Shown: in pieces, positions 43,887 through 54,034 of the stretch
Layout: each line of letters starts with the position of its first letter
How positions within the stretch are numbered: the stretch's first letter is position 1
Assembly (NCBI GenBank): GCA_964567435.1
Contig: CAZMMQ010000007.1
Coordinates: 31,931 to 95,930 of the forward strand
Source of the DNA: an uncultured Saprospiraceae bacterium
Lineage (GTDB): Bacteria > Bacteroidota > Bacteroidia > Chitinophagales > Saprospiraceae
Length of the DNA: 64,000 bases
Direction of reading: 5' to 3'
Notes under the pieces: model-generated
The model's input: the letters and a program-made list of their open reading frames with translations, nothing else
Database searches by the model: none
What the model was told of the DNA's origin: nothing
Program-made: the position numbers and the translations under genes

Positions 43887-44507
43887 ATGAATCTTGAGTT
43901 TCAAATAAACATATATTTGCAATCAGTGCACGACATTGAACCATATCATAAATGGCGACAGTATTATATCTCCGCCGAGGATAAAAAATCTCAATTCTAT
44001 GGGACTGTCCATAGTGAATTCACCTTTTCCAACAAGGTGTACAATTACTTTATCCATCCGCAGTGGGATTCAATAGGAAGCCAAACTTTATATGTCAAAA
44101 ATATCTATACTGACTATGATGAGGGCTATGCCATGATAGAACTTATAGGAGAATGGAATGATTGTCTAAATAATGACATCATGTACCTCAAAAGGAAACT
44201 TGTGGATAACCTTATGGCAAAGGGCATCTATAAGTACATTATCCTCTGTGATAACGTCCTTGAGTATCACGGTTCAGACGACAGCTATTATGAGGAATGG
44301 TGGGATGATGTCAAAGAAGATGATGGGCTGATTGTACTGATCAACCTACGTGAGCATATATTGAAAGAAATGGAGTCTCTTCGAATTCAACAATATGCGC
44401 ATATTGGAGAGCATCTCAATGAGATCAATTGGCGTAAGGCTCAACCAAAGTTAGCTATACAAGAGATAGAATTACGAGTCAGACAAGCACAGAAGCAACT
44501 TATATAA
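43887..44507 (+). CDS. Hypothetical cytoplasmic protein
   Basis: 206-aa ORF with no signal peptide and no motif I can name. It is W/E/D-rich with a helical C-terminus. Confidence 0.4.
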   Translation: MNLEFQINIYLQSVHDIEPYHKWRQYYISAEDKKSQFYGTVHSEFTFSNKVYNYFIHPQWDSIGSQTLYVKNIYTDYDEGYAMIELIGEWNDCLNNDIMYLKRKLVDNLMAKGIYKYIILCDNVLEYHGSDDSYYEEWWDDVKEDDGLIVLINLREHILKEMESLRIQQYAHIGEHLNEINWRKAQPKLAIQEIELRVRQAQKQLI

Positions 44508-44548
44508 TGTGCCCATATATCCTCATACAGTATTAAATCTTCATCCGA

Positions 44549-45454
44549 ATGACTGAAGAAAAAAAACACTTTTCTGGTTTTGTGAATATAATAGGTAAAC
44601 CCAATGTGGGTAAGTCAACCTTACTCAATGCTTTTATGGGTGAGAAAATGGCAATTATATCATCCAAACCTCAAACGACGAGACATCGGTACAAGGGCAT
44701 CATAAGTGGAGAAGATTTCCAAATAGTATTCTCTGATACACCTGGCCTTATCTCTGATCCCAACTACAAATTGCAGGAAGCGATGAATGATAGTGCCATG
44801 TCCATATTTGAGGATTCGGATGTGGTACTCTTCATGATAGACCCCTACAATGAATATTCTGGAGAAGAAAAAGTTATTCGAAAACTAACCAGCACCAAGG
44901 CACCTAAATTTCTAATAATAAATAAAGTAGACACCTCTGATCCAGATATACTCAAAGCGCTGGAAAAGAAGTGGCGGGAAATAATCGATTTTGACGAAGT
45001 CCATCATATAAGTGCCCTTATGGCATTAGGTGTTCCTCATCTGCTCTCAAGCATTAAAAGTCGATTACCAGAAGGTCCAGCATACTATTCCAAAGATGAT
45101 ATCTCTGATAAATCTGTCAGGTTTTTTATATCAGAAATCATCCGAGAAAAGATTCTACACAACTACAAGCAAGAAATCCCTTACTCTGTAGAAATACATG
45201 TAGAATCCTATAAGGAATCCCAAAAGCATGGTAAACCATTTGTACATATTAGTGCGATTATCTACGTCATGAGAAACACCCAAAAGGGTATTATTATTGG
45301 GCACAAGGGAGCGGGTATTAAAAAGTTAGGTATCGATTCTAGGAAGGATATCGAAAAATTTGTAGGATCGAGATGTCATCTAGAACTTTACGTAAAAGTA
45401 AAAGATAAGTGGAGAGATGATGATAGGATGCTTAAGAGTTTTGGATATTTGTAG
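44549..45454 (+). CDS. era: GTPase Era
   Basis: G1 motif GKPNVGKSTLLN, G3 DTPG, G4 NKVD. C-terminal KH domain (..YSVEIHVESY...IIIGHKGAGIKKLG..). Confidence 0.9.
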   Translation: MTEEKKHFSGFVNIIGKPNVGKSTLLNAFMGEKMAIISSKPQTTRHRYKGIISGEDFQIVFSDTPGLISDPNYKLQEAMNDSAMSIFEDSDVVLFMIDPYNEYSGEEKVIRKLTSTKAPKFLIINKVDTSDPDILKALEKKWREIIDFDEVHHISALMALGVPHLLSSIKSRLPEGPAYYSKDDISDKSVRFFISEIIREKILHNYKQEIPYSVEIHVESYKESQKHGKPFVHISAIIYVMRNTQKGIIIGHKGAGIKKLGIDSRKDIEKFVGSRCHLELYVKVKDKWRDDDRMLKSFGYL

Positions 45455-45498
45455 TATTCAGGTATTAACGCAATTAATTTTTTAGAAAAACAAATCAC

Positions 45499-46806
45499 TT
45501 GGCACAAGTACTAGCAATTGTAGGCAGACCAAATGTGGGAAAATCCACCCTATTCAACAGGCTTATTGGCCAAAAGAAAGCCATCACCGACAACATAAGT
45601 GGCGTCACGAGAGATCGGATATATGGGACCAGTGAATGGAATGGGAAGCAGTTTACTGTAATAGACACTGGTGGGTTTGTCCAGAATAGTGATGATGTTT
45701 TTGAGAAAGCCATACGAGAGCAGGTGCATATTGCTATAGAAGAAGCCGCTGCTATCATCTTTATGGTAGATGTAACAACAGGGGTTACAGATTTGGATGA
45801 GCAGATGGCCAATATCTTAAGACGTCAACCCAAGAAAGTGTTCGTTGCTGTCAATAAAGTGGACAATAATAGCAGAGCATTGATGGCCAATGAATTTTGG
45901 AGTTTGGGATTTGACAACACCTTTTTCTTATCATCTATGAGTGGATCTGGATCAGGAGAATTACTTGATGCCATTACAGAGTCCTTAGATGATACACCTG
46001 AAGACCCTGACGACCATACACCTAGGATAGCCATAGTTGGTCAACCAAATGTGGGTAAATCTTCATTGACAAATGCCTTACTTGGTGAGGATCGTAATAT
46101 TGTAACGGATATTGCCGGCACCACTAGGGATAGTGTCAATTCTTACTATAACAAATTTGGTAAGACATTCTATTTGATGGATACTGCAGGCATTCGAAAG
46201 AAAAATAAGGTTAAAGAAAATTTGGAGTTCTACTCTGTGCTAAGAGCCATCAAAGCCATGGAAGACTCTGATGTGGTTTTGTTGGTGCTGGACGCCACGA
46301 CTGGCATAGAGAGCCAAGACTTAGCCATTTTTACCCTTGCCGTCAAAAGACACAAAGGCATAGTCATTCTTGTAAACAAATGGGATCTTATTACAGATAA
46401 AGAAACCAACACCGCTAGAGATTTGGAAGAAAAGTTGAAAGCGAAACTTGCGCCATTCAATGACGTTCCTATCTTATTTATTAGTGCATTGGAAAAGCAA
46501 AGAATTCATAGAGCATTGGATGTGGCCTTAGAGGTATTTAATAATCGGTCTCAAAAAATTAAGACCTCAGAGCTCAATGAAATTATGTTGGAAGAAATAG
46601 AACGTAAACCTCCAGCAGCTGCCAGAGGAAGATTGATAAAGATTAAATACATAACTCAACTTCCTTTACGGTATCCTGCTTTTGCTTTCTTTTGCAACCA
46701 TCCAGATCAGATAAGAGAGAATTATGCTCGATTCTTGGAGAACAGGATGAGGCATAATTTTAAATTTACCGGCGCACCCATGACTATCTTTTTCAGATCT
46801 AAATAA
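45499..46806 (+). CDS. der: Ribosome-biogenesis GTPase Der (EngA), TTG start
   Basis: Two tandem GTPase domains: GRPNVGKSTLFN...DTGG...NKVD and GQPNVGKSSLTN...DTAG...NKWD. C-terminal KH-like domain. The start codon at 45499 is TTG. Confidence 0.9.
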   Translation: MAQVLAIVGRPNVGKSTLFNRLIGQKKAITDNISGVTRDRIYGTSEWNGKQFTVIDTGGFVQNSDDVFEKAIREQVHIAIEEAAAIIFMVDVTTGVTDLDEQMANILRRQPKKVFVAVNKVDNNSRALMANEFWSLGFDNTFFLSSMSGSGSGELLDAITESLDDTPEDPDDHTPRIAIVGQPNVGKSSLTNALLGEDRNIVTDIAGTTRDSVNSYYNKFGKTFYLMDTAGIRKKNKVKENLEFYSVLRAIKAMEDSDVVLLVLDATTGIESQDLAIFTLAVKRHKGIVILVNKWDLITDKETNTARDLEEKLKAKLAPFNDVPILFISALEKQRIHRALDVALEVFNNRSQKIKTSELNEIMLEEIERKPPAAARGRLIKIKYITQLPLRYPAFAFFCNHPDQIRENYARFLENRMRHNFKFTGAPMTIFFRSK

Positions 46807-46827
46807 TTAACAAGAAGAATATTTTCG

Positions 46828-47379
46828 ATGAGTATCACTAAGACCCCTTTCAAAGGACTATACCTATTTGAGCCAAGAATATTTGAGGATGAGAGAGGTT
46901 ACTTCTTTGAGTCATATAGTGAGAAGCTGTGGAAGGAGGCTGGCGTCCATCATGAATTTGTTCAGGACAATGAATCTAAGTCTCAGTACGGCACTCTTAG
47001 AGGATTGCATTACCAATTACCACAGTTTGGGCAGGATAAATTAATAAGAGTGACTCAAGGAAAGGTTCTCGATATCGTAGTAGATATCCGACCAGATGAG
47101 CCAACTTATGGACAGAGTTTCTCAGTAGAGCTCAGTCAGGAAAATAAAAAACAGATGCTAATACCTCAAGGCTTTGCCCATGGCTTTGTGACTTTGAGTG
47201 AAGTAGCTGTCTTTAATTATAAATGCACAAATTTCTATAGCAAGGATCATGAGGGGCATGTCAATCCCCTAGATAATGCATTGGCTTTAGATTGGGGTAT
47301 ACCTAAGGAGGACATGATATTTTCGGAGAAAGACAAGGCAGCTCCAAATTTGGGCCATCATAAGGTATGGCCTACTTAA
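46828..47379 (+). CDS. rfbC: dTDP-4-dehydrorhamnose 3,5-epimerase
   Basis: FEDERGYFFESY...GTLRGLHYQ...KLIRVTQGKVLDIVVDIR...IPQGFAHGF are typical RmlC cupin motifs. Confidence 0.85.
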   Translation: MSITKTPFKGLYLFEPRIFEDERGYFFESYSEKLWKEAGVHHEFVQDNESKSQYGTLRGLHYQLPQFGQDKLIRVTQGKVLDIVVDIRPDEPTYGQSFSVELSQENKKQMLIPQGFAHGFVTLSEVAVFNYKCTNFYSKDHEGHVNPLDNALALDWGIPKEDMIFSEKDKAAPNLGHHKVWPT

Positions 47380-48046
47380 TGATAAAGGTTGTCATTAGCT
47401 GTTCTGCAATAATCCAATCATGAGGTTCATCTAATTCAAGAGCGGAGTATTCTGGCATTGTATAGAGACCGATATTGCCTGAGATTCGAGTCCTTGATTT
47501 CAATATTTGTTTGACGTTAGAGATATAAAAAGCTCCATTCTCCATCCGTTGCCCTTTGAATTCCTGACGTCGAGGTCTCTCTATAGGATTATAGTTCATA
47601 GGGGTACCATCACTGTTCCAAAAAAATCTCTTAGATAAGGTTACACTCAATAAGCTGTCTACTGAGGAGTCACGATATTGCTTGAGTGCTTGTGATAAAT
47701 ACACCGATGTTGTGAATGGTGAAGTCACTTGTAGCAATATGAGAATATCCTGTTCTGCGAGCTCCAAGTCTTCAATAAATTCCAATAAGACACTCTCAGT
47801 GGAAGAGTGATCTAAGGCATTACGAGCTGATCGATGATGGATTTTGCATTCTAGATTTTCTTTAACAATTGTCGCTTTAATCTCATCTGCATCTGTTGAA
47901 AGATAAACCTCATCTATTAAATCACAACCTATGGCGGCACTGGCAGCCCAATGCAATAAAGGCTTACCTGCCAAAGGCTTGATATTTTTAAATGGAATAG
48001 ATTTACTCCCACCTCTGACAGGTATAAAGGCGATTACCTTACTCAT
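47372..48046 (-). CDS. Acylneuraminate (nonulosonate) cytidylyltransferase, NeuA-like
   Basis: IAFIPVRGGSKSIPFKNIKPLAGKPLLHW is the CMP-NeuAc synthetase N-terminal motif. Its 5' end overlaps the upstream synthase gene end by 8 nt. Its 3' end overlaps convergent rfbC by 8 nt. Confidence 0.8.
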   Translation of the reverse strand: MSKVIAFIPVRGGSKSIPFKNIKPLAGKPLLHWAASAAIGCDLIDEVYLSTDADEIKATIVKENLECKIHHRSARNALDHSSTESVLLEFIEDLELAEQDILILLQVTSPFTTSVYLSQALKQYRDSSVDSLLSVTLSKRFFWNSDGTPMNYNPIERPRRQEFKGQRMENGAFYISNVKQILKSRTRISGNIGLYTMPEYSALELDEPHDWIIAEQLMTTFIIK

Positions 48047-48914
48047 TTGACTTGGGGTTATATTTTAATTTGTCACGCTGAGCGACTTCAATGTCTACAA
48101 TGTCTGTCGGTTTCATAGCAAGACTTGCATGAGTGGCTTGGAGATTTCTTACCAGTTTTTGCAATCCACCTGGTTCTAATGAGGCCGCGTGGTCAGTACC
48201 TTTCCAAGTTCGGTCTTTGGTGAAGTGGCGCTCAATCCAAGTAGCACCTAGGGCATAAGCTGCAATGTCAATAGCAATGCCTAGGTGATGTCCAGAGAAT
48301 CCGACCGCAGCTAACTTAGAACCATATTCATCCTTGAGTCGATTCAGCTCCAGCAGATAGACCTGATCAAATGGCACTGGATAACCTGAAGTACAACTAT
48401 ATAATACGACCCTTTTCATTTCCTGTTCCATGATCGTCATTAGGGTTGACTCCTCCTCCTTAGTAGTCATCCCTAGTGATACATGAATCTGACCTTTATA
48501 CTCATCTCTCAATAGTGTCAGCAGCTCTACATGTGTATTGCAGGCTGAAGGCACTTTGATAAAATCCGGACTCAGTTGGATTACTTCTTTTGCAGAGGTC
48601 AAATCCCACACAGAAGTGGCATAACCAATTCCTATTTTATCACAGTGAGATTTCAAGACTTTATGCTGGTCAATACTCAATTCTAAAAATTCACGGTGCT
48701 CTCCATAAGAATTTCCATAAGCGTTGTATGGCACAGGATGAGCTGCTTCAAAGGCCTCAGTACTCAAAAGCTCTTTAGGTGTACGCTTTTGAAACTTTGC
48801 GTAATCGGCTCCAGCTTCTTTAGCTATTGTAATCAGGTCTATAGCTATATCAAAGTCTCCTTTGTGATTACAGCCTATTTCAGCGACTATCTTCGGTTTT
48901 GGATATGAAGGCAT
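48039..48914 (-). CDS. NeuB-family nonulosonate synthase, short form lacking the C-terminal SAF domain
   Basis: IVAEIGCNHKGDFDIAIDLITIAKEAGADYAKFQKR is the NeuB TIM-barrel N-terminal motif. The protein is only 291 aa and ends before where the SAF/antifreeze-like domain would lie. Confidence 0.7.
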   Translation of the reverse strand: MPSYPKPKIVAEIGCNHKGDFDIAIDLITIAKEAGADYAKFQKRTPKELLSTEAFEAAHPVPYNAYGNSYGEHREFLELSIDQHKVLKSHCDKIGIGYATSVWDLTSAKEVIQLSPDFIKVPSACNTHVELLTLLRDEYKGQIHVSLGMTTKEEESTLMTIMEQEMKRVVLYSCTSGYPVPFDQVYLLELNRLKDEYGSKLAAVGFSGHHLGIAIDIAAYALGATWIERHFTKDRTWKGTDHAASLEPGGLQKLVRNLQATHASLAMKPTDIVDIEVAQRDKLKYNPKSNE

Positions 48915-49101
48915 TACTTTATATTAAGACGATGATTTAGCTAAAGATTGTTAATTATATAATTCTTACCTCTAAATACCTTAGGTTTATATTATAATAT
49001 AGTTGAATGTGTACGCCATTCAAATAACCCTAGATACAATATTGGTGATTATAATTGATATTACATATCATGTACTAAATTATTGTCTTTATTAGAAGTT
49101 T

Positions 49102-49701
49102 ATGAAGGAAAGAGAATTTTTGGATCGCTTAGACTCACTATATGAGAATATATCTACACAGAGAAAAGAGGAGTTACAAGCATTATCTAGTGGTATAAAT
49201 GCTGCTATCAAAACTAAGGGAAAGGCCACTGTTAAGTTTATATGTACTCATAACTCTCGCCGTTCACAGGCAGCAGAGTTTTTATTGGATGTATTGGCTA
49301 GAAAAAAATCCCTACCTATATTATCATTAAGTGGTGGCACAGAGTACACGGCATTCTATCCTACTATGGTAGAAGCCATACAAAAATTTGGCTTTGAAAT
49401 ATTAAAATACGGGCACGATAAAAACCCATTGTACATATATAGGGTCAAAAATGATGACTTATATTATTTCTCTAAGGTCTATAACAATGACATTATAGCA
49501 GTGGAAGACCCTATAATCGTCACAGTCTGCCATTCTGCGAAGGAAAACTGTCCAATCATTCCTGGTGCTTTCAAAAGATTCCATATTGGATATGAAGATC
49601 CCAAGTACTCAGATGGATCAAGTGAAGAATTAGAAGTTTATAAAAATAAAGTTCTAGAAATAGGCACAGAAATGGCATACCTTTCCAGTCTTATATCATA
49701 A
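49102..49701 (+). CDS. Low-molecular-weight phosphatase / ArsC-family protein
   Basis: CX5R(S/T) P-loop FICTHNSRRSQ, plus downstream VTVCHSAKENCP and YEDP, as in the LMW-PTP/thioredoxin-type ArsC fold. An ~45-aa N-terminal helical extension is present. Confidence 0.55.
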   Translation: MKEREFLDRLDSLYENISTQRKEELQALSSGINAAIKTKGKATVKFICTHNSRRSQAAEFLLDVLARKKSLPILSLSGGTEYTAFYPTMVEAIQKFGFEILKYGHDKNPLYIYRVKNDDLYYFSKVYNNDIIAVEDPIIVTVCHSAKENCPIIPGAFKRFHIGYEDPKYSDGSSEELEVYKNKVLEIGTEMAYLSSLIS

Positions 49702-49718
49702 TATAGTTAGTCTTTATA

Positions 49719-50798
49719 TTGGCAAAGAAAGTTCTGTTTATATTAGGTACACGACCTGAAGTCATAAAGCTAGCACCTCTTATAGCTGCTATGAAGGAGA
49801 ATGAGCACTTTGAAGTAACAATATGTAACAGTGGTCAGCATAGAGAGTTATTGGAAGAGCATTTCAAGGAATTCTACTTACATGCAGATTATGATTTGGA
49901 TGTCATGCAGCAAGGCCAATCCCTTAGCTCGTTGGCAGCTAGAATGATTCTTGGATTAGGCACTACCATCTCACAGGTGCTCCCAGATTTAGTCATCGTT
50001 CAAGGAGATACGCAGACTGCTTTTTGTGGTGCACTTACAGCTGCATATGCACAGATACCTTGTGTGCATGTAGAGGCAGGATTAAGAACTTATGACAAAG
50101 AGAATCCTTTTCCTGAAGAATTGAATAGACAAGCTATAAGTAGATTAGCCTCCATACATTTTTGCCCTACAGAAAAAAACAAAGATTACTTATTATCAGA
50201 AGGTATCACCAACAATGTATTTGTTACAGGAAATACAGTGATAGATAGTCTGAAACGGATCCTCAGGAATGAGGAGATTACTCATAGAACAAAAAATATA
50301 CTGTATACAGTACACAGACGTGAAAATTCTAATAATATAGAGAGTATCGCAGGTGCCATCACAAGAATCATGCAAGCTTATCCTGGTTATAAGCATGAGA
50401 TAATCTCACATCCCAATGAGACTACATCCCAGCTTATCCATACATTAGAACAAAATGAAGCTAGTCCAGATATCCTCCAACCGCTTTCGTATAGTGAGAT
50501 GATCAAAAAGCTAAGCGTATGCCAACTCGTCATCACTGACTCCGGAGGTATTATTGAAGAATGTACCTATCTGAAAACACCAACTATTATAATTAGAAAG
50601 ACGACTGAGCGACAAGAAAGTCTATCACAAGATTGGATTACAATAAGCAACCCAGAAGACCATGATTTGCTTTCAAAAGTCAATTCATTGCTAGAAAAGT
50701 CATCAGTCGTTAGTCAAGAAAGTCAATGTACTGTATTCGGTGAAGGAAACGCCAGTGCTCAAATTCTGACTCACTTAGAGCAATTATTGGGGATATAG
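49719..50798 (+). CDS. wecB: UDP-N-acetylglucosamine 2-epimerase, non-hydrolysing type
   Basis: TTG start. FILGTRPEVIKLAPLI...HVEAGLRTYDKENPFPEELNRQ...SDSGGIIEE are WecB/MnaA-type motifs. Confidence 0.85.
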   Translation: MAKKVLFILGTRPEVIKLAPLIAAMKENEHFEVTICNSGQHRELLEEHFKEFYLHADYDLDVMQQGQSLSSLAARMILGLGTTISQVLPDLVIVQGDTQTAFCGALTAAYAQIPCVHVEAGLRTYDKENPFPEELNRQAISRLASIHFCPTEKNKDYLLSEGITNNVFVTGNTVIDSLKRILRNEEITHRTKNILYTVHRRENSNNIESIAGAITRIMQAYPGYKHEIISHPNETTSQLIHTLEQNEASPDILQPLSYSEMIKKLSVCQLVITDSGGIIEECTYLKTPTIIIRKTTERQESLSQDWITISNPEDHDLLSKVNSLLEKSSVVSQESQCTVFGEGNASAQILTHLEQLLGI

Positions 50799-50973
50799 AG
50801 AGCCTCTAGTGAATTTGAGGTCTACTGACTATCAATACTTTATGTATGTGAGTAGCTATTATCTTACTTTTGTGGACCTCAGAGGAGTTAAAAACTACAT
50901 ATTACGATTATATTTAATGTTTTGTTTTCAGAGCATATTATCTGTTACAGAAAGTAGAACATAAAGGCAATAA

Positions 50974-52251
50974 ATGTCAGTACTGGAAAATTCAAAAATA
51001 GGTGTCATTGGGATGGGATATGTCGGGCTACCCGTTGCATTAGGTTTTGCTTCCAAGTACCCAGTGAGAGGATTTGATATTAATGAAGAAAAAATAGCAC
51101 TGCTACATCAAGGTAAGGACCCTGCAGATGAAGTGCCTCCTGAGGAATTTGATGGAAAACAGATTTCATTTACTGCTAACATTCATGACTTATCGGATTG
51201 CAATTTTTATGTAGTAGCTGTTCCCACACCTGTGGATAGATATAAAGTTCCAGATCTAACAGCACTTAAGATGGCCTCTGAGTCAGTAGGACAAATTCTA
51301 AACCAAGGAGATTATGTTGTATATGAGTCCACAGTTTATCCTGGGTGTACTGAAGAAGTTTGTGTCCCGATACTGGAAGAAAAAGCGGATATGAAGATGG
51401 GCATCGATTTTAAAGTTGGCTATTCACCAGAACGTATCAATCCCGGAGATAAGAACCACACCCTCACAAAGATTATAAAAGTAGTTAGTGGTAATGACGA
51501 AGAAGCCGCTGAGCATATTGCTGACATGTATGGTTCTATCATAGATGCAGGCGTCCACAAAGCCAGCTCCATCAAAGTGGCAGAAGCCTCTAAGATTATA
51601 GAAAATACACAAAGAGATGTCAATATAGCACTGATGAATGAGTTGGCAATAATCTTTGACAAATTGGATATCAATACGAGTGAAGTGTTAAAAGCTGCTG
51701 GGACTAAGTGGAATTTTCTAAACTTCTATCCTGGTCTCGTAGGTGGACATTGTATAGATGTTGACCCATATTATTTGACATATAAGGCCAACCATTTGGG
51801 ATATAATCCACAAGTGATTTCAAGTGGAAGAAAAGTTAATAGTGCGGTACCACAATTTGTGTGTAAAAAAATAATCAAGGAGTTACTTGCCCAAAACAAG
51901 AAGCTGAATGAGTGCAGAGTTTTGATAAAAGGGCTGACTTTTAAGGAGAACATCAATGACATTAGAAATTCAAGGGTCTTTGATTTAATAGAAGAGTTAG
52001 AATCGTTTTCAATTAGAGTTGAAGTGGAAGACTATCATATTACTTCTCAACAAATCCAACCTCCCATCAATCTAATAACTAAACCCGATGGCATGTATGA
52101 TGTACTCATCCTTGCAGTTCCTCACAAAAAATTTGTAGAAGAACATACTGATACGTGGAGTCGGTATATGAAAGCGAACGCAATTATCTTTGACATCAGA
52201 TCTATAAAACCTGAATTAAGAGATGGTGATTATTCATATATGAGTCTTTAA
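50974..52251 (+). CDS. Nucleotide-sugar dehydrogenase (UDP-ManNAc / UDP-GlcNAc 6-dehydrogenase family)
   Basis: NAD-binding motif IGVIGMGYVGLPVALGFA. Catalytic region ..GLVGGHCIDVDPYYL... 425 aa. Adjacent to wecB. Confidence 0.8.
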   Translation: MSVLENSKIGVIGMGYVGLPVALGFASKYPVRGFDINEEKIALLHQGKDPADEVPPEEFDGKQISFTANIHDLSDCNFYVVAVPTPVDRYKVPDLTALKMASESVGQILNQGDYVVYESTVYPGCTEEVCVPILEEKADMKMGIDFKVGYSPERINPGDKNHTLTKIIKVVSGNDEEAAEHIADMYGSIIDAGVHKASSIKVAEASKIIENTQRDVNIALMNELAIIFDKLDINTSEVLKAAGTKWNFLNFYPGLVGGHCIDVDPYYLTYKANHLGYNPQVISSGRKVNSAVPQFVCKKIIKELLAQNKKLNECRVLIKGLTFKENINDIRNSRVFDLIEELESFSIRVEVEDYHITSQQIQPPINLITKPDGMYDVLILAVPHKKFVEEHTDTWSRYMKANAIIFDIRSIKPELRDGDYSYMSL

Positions 52252-52947
52252 ATGAGTAAGCGAATAGGCTGTGTCATATTATCACGAATGGATTCAAAAA
52301 GATTGCCTTGCAAGGCGCTTAAAACTTTAGGAGATAAGCCGCTAGTACATTGGCCAATTGATGCTATTACATCATTAAATAAAAAGATTAGTGTCATTCT
52401 TGCAACAAGCGACCGTAAGATTGATAGTATTTTGGAAAATGTAGCTCATGAAAAAAATATAGATTTTTTTGCTGGCCCACTGAATAATGTATCTAAAAGA
52501 ATAGCCACTGCAGCATCAGCATTTAATCTAGATTTTGTTTTTAGAATCAATGGTGACAGTCCTTTTATATCAACAGAACTTTTTGGTGAAGCAATAGATA
52601 TAATAGAGCAACAAAATGTGGACTTTGTTTCGAATTTGTATAATAGAACATACCCTTATGGTGTAAGCTGTGAATTAATAAAAGTTTCAACATTTAAAAA
52701 TTTGCTTGCTGAATTTGACGAATATGAAGCAGAACATGCCACATCCTATTATTATAAGAATAATTCTATAATTAAGTATGCAGAAATAAGCCAGTTAGAA
52801 AACAATTATTCGGACTTAAGGTGGACTGTAGATACAGCTACAGATCTTGAAAAATTGAACAGCTATTTGAATAAAACCAAAATTAAAAAGATTAACCTTC
52901 AGCCAATACGTAAGGTTGTCGAAGATTACAAATTAATTATGAGCTAA
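52252..52947 (+). CDS. Cytidylyltransferase, SpsF/PseF-like (CTP_transf_3)
   Basis: N-terminus IGCVILSRMDSKRLPCKALKTLGDKPLVHW, then ..RINGDSPF... The start abuts the previous stop (TAAATG). Confidence 0.6.
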   Translation: MSKRIGCVILSRMDSKRLPCKALKTLGDKPLVHWPIDAITSLNKKISVILATSDRKIDSILENVAHEKNIDFFAGPLNNVSKRIATAASAFNLDFVFRINGDSPFISTELFGEAIDIIEQQNVDFVSNLYNRTYPYGVSCELIKVSTFKNLLAEFDEYEAEHATSYYYKNNSIIKYAEISQLENNYSDLRWTVDTATDLEKLNSYLNKTKIKKINLQPIRKVVEDYKLIMS

Positions 52948-52956
52948 TATTACACT

Positions 52957-54027
52957 ATGATTAACTTATACTCAATAAGACCAAAGGGATTCAACGTTGG
53001 AAACGACGTCATTTACATTGCTCTAAAAGGATTTGTAGAAAATGCCTTTAAGGATAAAGAAATAAATATCATTTCATTGCCCGCTACTAATAAATATGAA
53101 TCAAACAAAAAAGCTGGATTTACAAAGAGTACCATATATGAGATAAATCAATTTGGCCATGGTGTTATTCTTGGTGGTGGCAACTTATTTGAAAACGGAG
53201 AGATTGACATAGATCCAATCGCACTTAAAGCTCTAGACAAGCCACTCATGATTTGCAGTGTATCAAGAGGAAAGATTTATAACAAAAATGGCAATCTGGT
53301 AGATAGAACTGATGTCATTTCTGATGGTAACTTAAAAATGCTCAACGACAAATCAGCTATATCTATGTCTCGAGATTCAGCGACAACTAAATACGTGACG
53401 GATTTAGGATGCAACACAATGAATGGCGCTTGTCCAACACTCTTCCTTAATGATTTTATCCCGAGAGAAAATACTCTAGGCAATAAATACAAGACAGATT
53501 GCCTTATCTCAATAAGGACACCAAATCTTATGTCTGTTCCTCCAGTTAAACAATATGCATTACGACAAATACTTCTAGAAACTATAAATCATTTAAAATC
53601 AAGCGGATATACAAATGTCAAGATTCTTTGTCATGATCATCGAGATATTGGTTTTGCCGATTCATTTACTGATATTGGATATTTATATACTGATGATGCT
53701 TTTAAGTTTATCAATCTTTTGAGAAATACACGTCTAAATATCACGTTTAGATTACATTCCTTTATTCCATGTCTTTCCATGGATGTACCTACTATAAAAG
53801 TAAGCTATGACGAAAGAGCACTTAGCTTGGTGGATACACTTGGAATGGATGAATGGAATATTAATTACGTCAAAGAAAATGTTGTCAATGAGATAAAGAA
53901 TCGAATAGATAACATTAATGATTTAGATAGCATTAAGAATAAATTAAAACAAGGGCTTTGGACTGATATCAAGAATCAATTTGAAATAAACTTTAATAAG
54001 TTCTTTGAATTAACAAAAAGGTCATAA
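52957..54027 (+). CDS. Polysaccharide pyruvyl transferase family protein (tentative)
   Basis: N-terminal ..GFNVGNDVIY.. and C-terminal ..TFRLHSFIPCLSMDVPTIKVSYDERA.. resemble the conserved PS_pyruv_trans ends. No other motif recognised. Confidence 0.45.
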   Translation: MINLYSIRPKGFNVGNDVIYIALKGFVENAFKDKEINIISLPATNKYESNKKAGFTKSTIYEINQFGHGVILGGGNLFENGEIDIDPIALKALDKPLMICSVSRGKIYNKNGNLVDRTDVISDGNLKMLNDKSAISMSRDSATTKYVTDLGCNTMNGACPTLFLNDFIPRENTLGNKYKTDCLISIRTPNLMSVPPVKQYALRQILLETINHLKSSGYTNVKILCHDHRDIGFADSFTDIGYLYTDDAFKFINLLRNTRLNITFRLHSFIPCLSMDVPTIKVSYDERALSLVDTLGMDEWNINYVKENVVNEIKNRIDNINDLDSIKNKLKQGLWTDIKNQFEINFNKFFELTKRS

Positions 54028-54034
54028 TTGAAGG

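Noticed and set aside
50813-50880. Long-range complementarity GAGGTCTAC ... GTGGACCTC in the 175-bp spacer before the sugar dehydrogenase gene. It could be a structured leader.
   Set aside because: There are only 9 pairs, one of them a wobble, enclosing a ~50-nt AT-rich loop. I recognised no conserved riboswitch motif, so the evidence is insufficient.
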